This document shows positions 57,315 through 64,000 of a stretch of DNA of 64,000 bases, piece by piece. Within the stretch, counting starts at the first letter, position 1. Each line of letters starts with the position of its first letter. The notes beneath the pieces are model-generated. The model saw nothing but the letters and a program-made list of their open reading frames with translations. It did not search any database and was not told where the DNA came from. Made by a program: the position numbers and the translations under genes. Source of the stretch: a virus (lineage: Duplodnaviria; Caudoviricetes); IMG/VR virus record IMGVR_UViG_3300043466_001519, positions 32,001 through 96,000 of that record, one strand, 5' to 3'.

Positions 57315-57906
57315 ACTAAGCTATTTAGTTATAATCGTATTAGTTGTTATAATCATTTTACAAAGAAGCTGTAGTGAAAAACATGTAAACGATGTTTCTG
57401 TTAAAACAGACACCATTTGGAAACATACTCACGATACTGTATATAAAGATGTCAAGATAGTTGAAAAGATTTTTATTAAACCTGAAAACGTAAATTATTA
57501 TCCAGGAGAAACAATAGACACTTGTAAGGCTAGATTTCAAAATCTTTTAAAAGAACATTTGGTAAGAACTGTTTATTCTGATACATTGAAATTAGATAGT
57601 CTTGGTACCATAGTGGTTAGAGACACTGTTTGGATAAACAAACTTTACGGTAAAAGATCTTATACTAAAAATTATAAGATTCCTCAAGTTACAAAAACAA
57701 TCACTATTACTAAACAAGAAGAACCTAAAAGACAATTGTATGTAGGTCTTAATGCTTTTGCTAATAGAAATGATATAACAGCATTCAGTCCTGGATTTAT
57801 ATATAAGACAAAAAAAGATCAAATATATCAAGCATCTGTTGGTGTTAGTTTTGATGGAACTGTCACTTATGGATTTGGTACGTATTGGAAAATTAAAATC
57901 AAATAA
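57295..57906 (+). CDS. Membrane-anchored lysis protein (spanin-like candidate)
   Basis: N-terminal TM ending LQRSC, DTIW/DTVY repeats, amphipathic beta C-terminus ending YWKIKIK. Confidence 0.5.
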   Translation: MLLNKIKLSYLVIIVLVVIIILQRSCSEKHVNDVSVKTDTIWKHTHDTVYKDVKIVEKIFIKPENVNYYPGETIDTCKARFQNLLKEHLVRTVYSDTLKLDSLGTIVVRDTVWINKLYGKRSYTKNYKIPQVTKTITITKQEEPKRQLYVGLNAFANRNDITAFSPGFIYKTKKDQIYQASVGVSFDGTVTYGFGTYWKIKIK

Positions 57907-57908
57907 TA

Positions 57909-58337
57909 ATGGTAACAAGTGCTCAGTGTTTAAAAAAGTGGGGTGACCCAACTGTTACAACCAACGAGTTAAAATATATGACTGTATGGGATGTACCTGC
58001 TCATTTAGAGATAGGTGTGATACCAAAGAAGTTATATTGTAACAAAGAGATGATTGGTCCATTAATGCAAGCGTTCTCTAATATAATAGATAGAGGACTT
58101 ATAAATGAACTAAAGACATGGGATGGATGTTTCAATGTAAGAAAGAAAAGAGGTCTTAATTCATTATCTTTACACTCGTGGGGAATAGCTATTGATATAA
58201 ACGCAGCATGGAATGGATTAGGTAAAACACCTACAATGTCTGCTAAATTAGTAAAGTGCTTCACTGATGCAGGATTTGAATGGGGAGGCACATGGACACG
58301 TAAAGATGGAATGCATTTTCAATTAAATAGAATATAA
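57909..58337 (+). CDS. Endolysin, M15 family Zn peptidase
   Basis: R...SLHSWGIAIDIN...WGGTW..DGMHFQ. Confidence 0.88.
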   Translation: MVTSAQCLKKWGDPTVTTNELKYMTVWDVPAHLEIGVIPKKLYCNKEMIGPLMQAFSNIIDRGLINELKTWDGCFNVRKKRGLNSLSLHSWGIAIDINAAWNGLGKTPTMSAKLVKCFTDAGFEWGGTWTRKDGMHFQLNRI

Positions 58338-58474
58338 TGGCAAAACAAACCAATACAGTAGAGAAAACATTTAAACCTAAGAAAAGTAGACCAGGTGTAC
58401 ATGCTAAATCTCAAACATCTTCTCTAAAAAGTTCTAAGAATTATAAGAAACTTTATAGAGGACAAGGTAGATAA
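58337..58474 (+). CDS. 45-aa basic microprotein MAKQTNTVEKTFKPKKSRPGVHAKSQTSSLKSSKNYKKLYRGQGR
   Basis: Manual translation; TAATG overlap with the endolysin; followed by a terminator. Confidence 0.7.
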   Translation: MAKQTNTVEKTFKPKKSRPGVHAKSQTSSLKSSKNYKKLYRGQGR

Positions 58475-58480
58475 TCAAAC

Positions 58481-58507
58481 TAGTTAGACTTGTTCTAACT
58501 ATTTTTG
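58481..58507 (+). terminator. Terminator TAGTTAGA-CTTGT-TCTAACTA-TTTTTG
   Basis: 8-bp stem plus U-tract ending the lysis cassette. Confidence 0.7.
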
Positions 58508-58552
58508 TTATTTTAGTTTAATAAAAAACACTTAAACATAGTGAAAAATACT

Positions 58553-58560
58553 TATTTTTG
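58553..58560 (+). promoter_or_regulatory. -7 box TATTTTTG for the accessory operon
   Basis: TAnnTTTG after a terminator, ending 23 nt before the ATG at 58584. Confidence 0.55.
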
Positions 58561-58583
58561 TATAACAATAAAAAATTTAACTT

Positions 58584-59108
58584 ATGGCAATACCATCTAG
58601 ACAGATAGGTTGGGGAACAGACTCTAATTTATTATGGCAAATATCAAAACAATTAGAATATTTAACAAAGGTTACTGGAACTGCATCAGATGTAACGGTA
58701 ATTAATGATGGATCACATCCAGTTCCTGTAACTGTAGAAAATACAGTTAATATTGTAGATATAAACACTACAAAACCTTTCAAACATATTTCATTAGCTT
58801 CAACTAATGCCACTGTAATAAATCCACAACAAGCAAAATTATATGTTGTTTCAGCTATTGGACTTACAAGTACAGTTAGATATTTGAAATTTTATGATAG
58901 TGCTGTTGCTCCAACAGTAGGAACAGATGTTCCAGTGTTTACTATTCCAGTTCCAGCAAATACTCAAGGAGCAGGTATTGTAATACCTTTTAACATTCCT
59001 ATTGATTTTAGTGATGGTTTATCATTTGCTATTACAAGTGGTAGTGCAGATAGTGATACAGGTGCTGTAGGAGCAGGAGATGTGATTGTTAATTTAACTT
59101 ACGCATAA
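58584..59108 (+). CDS. Putative virion decoration protein (beta-sandwich)
   Basis: RYLKFYD..APTVGTDVPV...PIDFSDGLSFAIT motif. Confidence 0.6.
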   Translation: MAIPSRQIGWGTDSNLLWQISKQLEYLTKVTGTASDVTVINDGSHPVPVTVENTVNIVDINTTKPFKHISLASTNATVINPQQAKLYVVSAIGLTSTVRYLKFYDSAVAPTVGTDVPVFTIPVPANTQGAGIVIPFNIPIDFSDGLSFAITSGSADSDTGAVGAGDVIVNLTYA

Positions 59109-59109
59109 T

Positions 59110-59886
59110 ATGTTAACATTATTAGGAGCAGGACAAGGACAAAATGGAGTAGCATTTGATACAGATTATCAAGCTGTATTGAATAGAGCTACTGTGCTTG
59201 GATATACATTACCTTCTGCTTCTCAAAGAATAAAACAAAATGCTTTAGTTTTATCTTTAAAAGCAGGTGATATATGGACTAAACTTGATGTACTATATAT
59301 TTTTGCAAATGATGGAGGTAGCAATTTTGGAACGTTAAATTGGAAAGCACCTACATTAAACCAAGCAACTTTAATTAATTCTCCAACTTTTACAGCTAAT
59401 CAAGGATTACAAGGTAATGGAACAAGTAGTTATATTGATACCAATTTTAATGCGGTTACTCAAGGAGTTAATTATGTTCAGAATGATGCAAGTAGATATT
59501 TATATTTATATACCGCAAGTGGAACTGGAGCTTTAGATGGTAAATCAGTCGCTTCTATTAATAATATGACAAGAGCTTCAACTGGCAATCAAAGAATTAA
59601 TCAAGGCACAACTTCATTGACTGGTGGTGCGTTTGATTTTACAGCTATTCAAGGAATGAAATCAATACATCGTACAAGTTCAACAAATGTTGAATTGTTT
59701 AATGGTACAACGCAAGGAAGTAGAACAGCAAATTCTGCAAGTATGAATAGTAATAATCAATTTGTTTTACGTTCTGGTTCAGTATATGGTGGTCATAGAG
59801 TATCTATGTATGCAAATGGTGCTTCTTTGGTAGCTGAAAATACAGCTTTTGTAAATGCGTTTAACACTTATATAACTTCTTTATAA
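59110..59886 (+). CDS. Putative virion protein with a ConA/LamG-like beta domain
   Basis: Thr/Ser/Asn/Gly-rich; IWTKLDVLYIFA and GNGTSSYIDTNF motifs. Confidence 0.55.
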   Translation: MLTLLGAGQGQNGVAFDTDYQAVLNRATVLGYTLPSASQRIKQNALVLSLKAGDIWTKLDVLYIFANDGGSNFGTLNWKAPTLNQATLINSPTFTANQGLQGNGTSSYIDTNFNAVTQGVNYVQNDASRYLYLYTASGTGALDGKSVASINNMTRASTGNQRINQGTTSLTGGAFDFTAIQGMKSIHRTSSTNVELFNGTTQGSRTANSASMNSNNQFVLRSGSVYGGHRVSMYANGASLVAENTAFVNAFNTYITSL

Positions 59887-59887
59887 T

Positions 59888-60091
59888 ATGTTAGTACTAC
59901 ACCCAAATACAGAACAATATACCGCTTTGAATGGGTATAAAAACAACGCTTCTGAATTACTATTTGTAAAAGATGGTAGCAATAGGTGGATAGTTGGTCT
60001 TGAAGTTTTAAACGATCCAAACTTTTTAGAAATTTACGACCAACTTAATGAGTTAGAAAGGATTGAATATACACCTTTCCCAGAAAACTAA
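59888..60091 (+). CDS. Small hypothetical protein (possible chaperone of the upstream protein)
   Basis: 67 aa, begins 1 nt after the previous stop. Confidence 0.65.
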   Translation: MLVLHPNTEQYTALNGYKNNASELLFVKDGSNRWIVGLEVLNDPNFLEIYDQLNELERIEYTPFPEN

Positions 60092-60130
60092 TAACCACAT
60101 AACAATAAAATATAATAAACCAACTACATT

Positions 60131-61147
60131 ATGAAAGATTTAAAATTTGTTCAATGTTGTCCAAGTGACATCTATTACACATGGCAAGTAAACTTATGGA
60201 TGGAAAGTCTAAAAGAGATAGGACATTCTGACAAAGCAATCAATCTTATATTCACTCCTAAAGGAAGAGAGAATAGAGATAAGTGGAAACAAATTGAAGA
60301 GTTGTATCCAGAAGCTGAATTTCATTTCTATGAAGATGAAGACAACTTAAATAGATTAATAGGAATATACATTCCTGTACTTAGACCATATGTTCTTTGG
60401 AAACATTTTAAGAAACATCCAGAACTAAGTGAGAAAGCAATCTTCTATTGTGATTCTGACATTCTATTTATGAAAGACTTTAATGTAGATCAGTTTTTAG
60501 AAGATGATATAAACTATCTATCAGACACAAATAGCTACATCAACGCTAAATATTTTGATAGTAAGATACATCAAGTGTTACCAGAGAAACTAGAAGAGTA
60601 TAAAGGTAGAGATGTTCTTGCAGAAATAGCAAGTGTTATTGGAATTAGTAGAGAGATAGCTGAAGCTAATAATGATCATTCAGGAGGAGCACAATATTTA
60701 TTAAAGAATGTAGATGCTGATTTCTGGAGTAAGGTGATGAATGATTGTATTCTTATAAGAACCTATTTACAAAAGATAAATAGAGAATTCTTTAAAGATG
60801 AAAACTCAGGGTTTCAAAGTTGGTGTGCAGATATGTGGGCTGTCTTATGGAACATCTGGTTAAGAGATCAAGAGACAAAAGTGGTGAGAGAATTAGATTT
60901 TGCATGGGCAACAGATCCTATTGTAAAATTAGAGTCTCACACAATCTTTCATAACGCAGGAATAGTTTCTGAAACAGGAAATGGATACCCAGCTTTCTAT
61001 AAAGGTAAATACCACATGGGAACTGATCCAACAAAAGATCCATATTTAGAAACTGTATTGAATGATGAGAATTCTAAAAAGTTTTGTACGTGGTTTTATG
61101 CCACTAAGCTAAACGAAATAAAAGAAAAATATAACCTAAACTATTAA
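60131..61147 (+). CDS. GT-A fold glycosyltransferase resembling GT95/GT96 protein O-glycosyltransferases
   Basis: YYTWQ, YIPVLRPY, DxD in FYCDSDILF, GGAQYLL, WCADMWA and IFHNAG; no signal peptide or TM. Confidence 0.75.
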   Translation: MKDLKFVQCCPSDIYYTWQVNLWMESLKEIGHSDKAINLIFTPKGRENRDKWKQIEELYPEAEFHFYEDEDNLNRLIGIYIPVLRPYVLWKHFKKHPELSEKAIFYCDSDILFMKDFNVDQFLEDDINYLSDTNSYINAKYFDSKIHQVLPEKLEEYKGRDVLAEIASVIGISREIAEANNDHSGGAQYLLKNVDADFWSKVMNDCILIRTYLQKINREFFKDENSGFQSWCADMWAVLWNIWLRDQETKVVRELDFAWATDPIVKLESHTIFHNAGIVSETGNGYPAFYKGKYHMGTDPTKDPYLETVLNDENSKKFCTWFYATKLNEIKEKYNLNY

Positions 61148-61169
61148 CCATAAATTAAAAAAAGAAAAA

Positions 61170-61379
61170 ATGGGAAGCATTAATTCAAGACCTTTAAAGG
61201 CTTATGTTAGATTCGATGGATCTGGCAGAATAGTTGCAGGAAGCTTAATCCTTAGAAAAAATAAGCCAAAAGTAGGAAAATGGAAAGAGATTCCAGCATA
61301 TGAGTGTTGTAATTATACTACTACCACTACTACCACTATAGCTCCTACAACAACAACTACTACAACTAGTATTGTTTAA
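61170..61379 (+). CDS. 69-aa protein: VRFDGSGR domain plus two T7 tracts
   Basis: ...YECCNYTTTTTTTIAPTTTTTTTSIV. Confidence 0.75.
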   Translation: MGSINSRPLKAYVRFDGSGRIVAGSLILRKNKPKVGKWKEIPAYECCNYTTTTTTTIAPTTTTTTTSIV

Positions 61380-61389
61380 ATTTTATAAT

Positions 61390-62922
61390 ATGGCAACTAA
61401 TAAAAGAAATTTAAAAGCTTTTGTAAGATTTGATGGTTCAGGTAGAGTTATACCTGGATCATTAATTTTACAACGCCATAAACCTAAAGTTGGAAATTGG
61501 AAAGAGATTCAAACATATGAGTGTTGTAATTATACACCTACAACCACCACTACAACAACTCCAAGATTTTTTCCTAGAGAATATTGTGTATGGTCTACAA
61601 ATTTTTTAGAAACATCAGAATATAATTTAGCTACAAATAACATTTATAATGTTTCTATAGATAATGATTTTACAGGAGTTGTAGGTATGACATCTACATC
61701 TACAAAATTATGGAAACGTGATTTAGCTACCAAGTATATTAGAGAATGGTTTATAAATTCTTATCCTGCTTCTCTTACATATAATAGAGAAATAAGATAT
61801 AGTATTTTTGATAATGTTATACTTAACAATGTTATAGTAGCAATAGATAATAATACTATTGTTAGTACAAGAAATATTTCGAATGAGACTTATCCAAATG
61901 GAATTCCTGGAGCAGTGTCTTTGGTAAAATATGATATATCTACAAGTTATGCAGGATATGGAACTAATGTATTTTCTATAATTGCAACACATAATGCATC
62001 ATCGATAATATATACTACAGATAATAAATTTATAATTGTTGCATCTAGATTGATTGATGATGTTCCTACATTTTATTTAACTCAATACTCTTATCCAGAT
62101 GGATTAAAAGAAGTAGATATTAGTTTAGAATCAATATCATTTAATCCTTCAGCAACTGAGTTAAATATTAATGTAATTACATATAATAATGAAATTTATC
62201 TCATAAGAAACAATGATAGTTCTTTATTCAAAATAGAAACTACTTATCCATATAATATAACAGAGGTTACCTCTGATTTAGGTTGGGAAGAAATTAGAGT
62301 GTTTCATTCCTCAACTGGAGAATGTAATAATGTTAGTTTCACACCTAGACTTCCTCAATGTGGTACAACTATTCCACAACAAGGAGAAACATTTACTTAT
62401 TTTGGAGTGACAGGAACTGTTACAACACTTAGTGGAGGTATAGCAAACTTCTCATATCTTGCCCAAGGATATTTTGCAGAGTGTTCAGGATTGTGGCAAC
62501 CTCCATATAGTTGGATTGCAATTAGCCCAGCACCTTCTACAATTGTATTAACATTTGATAGTCCTATAAATGATGTAGCTATTGTACTTAGTATATTAAA
62601 TCTTGGAGATAATTTTACTATTACAACAAATACAGAAATTCCTTCTATAACTATGTCAAATAGTTGTTATGCAAGTGTTTCTGGTAATCAAATAATAAGT
62701 GAACCAAGTATTTCATCTAATGGAGGAAGCGGACAATTTGTAATTACTTCTATTACCCCTTATACAGTTTTAACTATACAAGCTACAAGTGGTGGAAATG
62801 GTGGTCCTATTGGATTAAGTTGTGATCCTAATGCTCCAACTACTACCTCAACAACAAGTAGTACAACAACATTGGCTCCAACAGGATTTAATACAATTTA
62901 TACACATTTTGAAAGTTTATAA
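61390..62922 (+). CDS. Virion accessory protein: VRFDGSGR domain, T7 linker, beta-rich domains, Thr/Ser tract (start corrected to 61390)
   Basis: N-terminus paralogous to 61170..61379; CCNYTPTTTTTTTP; CDPNAPTTTSTTSSTTTLAP. Confidence 0.75.
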   Translation: MATNKRNLKAFVRFDGSGRVIPGSLILQRHKPKVGNWKEIQTYECCNYTPTTTTTTTPRFFPREYCVWSTNFLETSEYNLATNNIYNVSIDNDFTGVVGMTSTSTKLWKRDLATKYIREWFINSYPASLTYNREIRYSIFDNVILNNVIVAIDNNTIVSTRNISNETYPNGIPGAVSLVKYDISTSYAGYGTNVFSIIATHNASSIIYTTDNKFIIVASRLIDDVPTFYLTQYSYPDGLKEVDISLESISFNPSATELNINVITYNNEIYLIRNNDSSLFKIETTYPYNITEVTSDLGWEEIRVFHSSTGECNNVSFTPRLPQCGTTIPQQGETFTYFGVTGTVTTLSGGIANFSYLAQGYFAECSGLWQPPYSWIAISPAPSTIVLTFDSPINDVAIVLSILNLGDNFTITTNTEIPSITMSNSCYASVSGNQIISEPSISSNGGSGQFVITSITPYTVLTIQATSGGNGGPIGLSCDPNAPTTTSTTSSTTTLAPTGFNTIYTHFESL

Positions 62923-62924
62923 TT

Positions 62925-64000
62925 ATGAATATTGAAGATATAAAATTAAAGGTACAAGAGTTAGCAATATCCACTCCTAACATCAATAGTATATCATATG
63001 GATATAAATTTGTTGGAGGTGAACAAACTGATGAACTTTGTATAATGTATGGTGTTGAACAGAAAAAACCTCTTTCTGAATTATCTGATGACGAAATTTT
63101 ACCTAGTGAAATAGCAATAGGAGAAAATGTATTAAAAACAGATGTATTTGAAGTGGGTGTAGCAGAACAATTAGCTTGTAATGCATATTGTGGACAAATT
63201 GCTGGGCCTAATTCAGCAGTTAATAGAGCCTTTACAAGACCATTGAAAGGTGGTTTATCAATTACATCAACTAATAATATTTCCACTGTAGGTACACTTG
63301 GATTTATAGGTGTACATTCAGAAACACAAACATTAGTAGGTGTTACTAATAATCACGTAATTATCCAAGATGCTTTTTATACATCAGAAAGAAATTTATA
63401 TGACGTTATTGGTAATGAATATTCTCCTATAGATTATGTATACCAAAATGGTGAGAGTGGAACAATTCCTACAAATCCTGCATATACAATTGGACAATCT
63501 TTAAGATATGTTCCTATTTCAAAAAATAACATTAATTACGTAGATGGTGCAATATTTTCTTTAGAAGCTGATGATGTAAATATTGAAACATCGTATCAAC
63601 AAGTTGGAGCTAGTGATTATACACTTCCTCTTCCATTTGCTACTACAGAAGAAATTGATAATCTGTTATCTACAAACCCAATGTTATATAGTTCTGGAAG
63701 AACTACAGGACCTAAAGGTGGAAGTTCTTGTCCAATGAGAGTTTTTGCTTTATTTTCAGCAACAATATTAGCATATAACTTACAAGGAGTTCCTACAATT
63801 TGTCAGTTTCTTGATCAAATAACATTTGTAAAACCTGAAAATGATCCAAGTTTAACAACTATTTGTTCTAATCCTATTTATTCAGGAGATTCAGGGTCTG
63901 CATTAATTGCTGATTTTGATGGAACTAGAAAAATAATAGGACTTGTATATGCATCAGGAAGTGTAGGAGGTATTATTTACTATGGGTATGCAAATAGGAT
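62925..64000 (+). CDS. Trypsin-like (S1, NAL1-like) serine protease, truncated by the window end
   Basis: Missing from the ORF track; manual translation gives RPLKGG, GTLG, TNNHV (His at 63354), VDGA, SGRTTG and GDSGS (63885-63899). Confidence 0.85.
   Translation, partial: MNIEDIKLKVQELAISTPNINSISYGYKFVGGEQTDELCIMYGVEQKKPLSELSDDEILPSEIAIGENVLKTDVFEVGVAEQLACNAYCGQIAGPNSAVNRAFTRPLKGGLSITSTNNISTVGTLGFIGVHSETQTLVGVTNNHVIIQDAFYTSERNLYDVIGNEYSPIDYVYQNGESGTIPTNPAYTIGQSLRYVPISKNNINYVDGAIFSLEADDVNIETSYQQVGASDYTLPLPFATTEEIDNLLSTNPMLYSSGRTTGPKGGSSCPMRVFALFSATILAYNLQGVPTICQFLDQITFVKPENDPSLTTICSNPIYSGDSGSALIADFDGTRKIIGLVYASGSVGGIIYYGYANR

Noticed and set aside
2932-58339. Repeated TAATG stop/start overlaps as programmed frameshift sites
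   Set aside because: This is common translational coupling, and no slippery heptamer with a downstream structure was seen at the junctions.
62888-63286. 132-aa minus-strand ORF in the track
   Set aside because: It overlaps the plus-strand protease ORF, which has a full catalytic triad.
1709-64000. Stop-codon reassignment as seen in some crAss-like phages
   Set aside because: Very long ORFs are intact under code 11, genes are tightly packed, and TAG ends at least one gene (18840).

Overview
An AT-rich (roughly 70% by eye) segment of a crAss-like (Crassvirales-type) podophage genome in the standard genetic code. The host is probably Bacteroidota (Flavobacterium-like), judged from TTG-N19-21-TAnnTTTG promoters and A-rich leaders without Shine-Dalgarno motifs. 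A few small minus-strand genes (1-1395) are followed by a structured GC-rich divergent region. The whole plus-strand virion module follows: terminase, portal, scaffold-like protein, major capsid protein, conserved head/tail proteins, fibres, a metallophosphoesterase, tail tube and a split tail-stabilisation gene. Next come ejection/cargo proteins (one with an ART-like domain, one a 4407-aa virion RNA polymerase with DFDID), a free-standing HNH-type endonuclease, a lysis cassette and an accessory block. The most notable signal is a candidate phage-encoded protein O-glycosylation ('mucin coat') system. Eight virion-module proteins carry Cys-anchored poly-Thr tracts, very often exactly 7 Thr written in mixed codons. 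A DxD glycosyltransferase resembling plant GT95/GT96 protein O-glycosyltransferases lies directly upstream of two of them and of a trypsin-like protease. A structured intergenic RNA with a tRNA-like element follows the capsid gene. All family assignments come from motif recognition and gene order; no searches were run.
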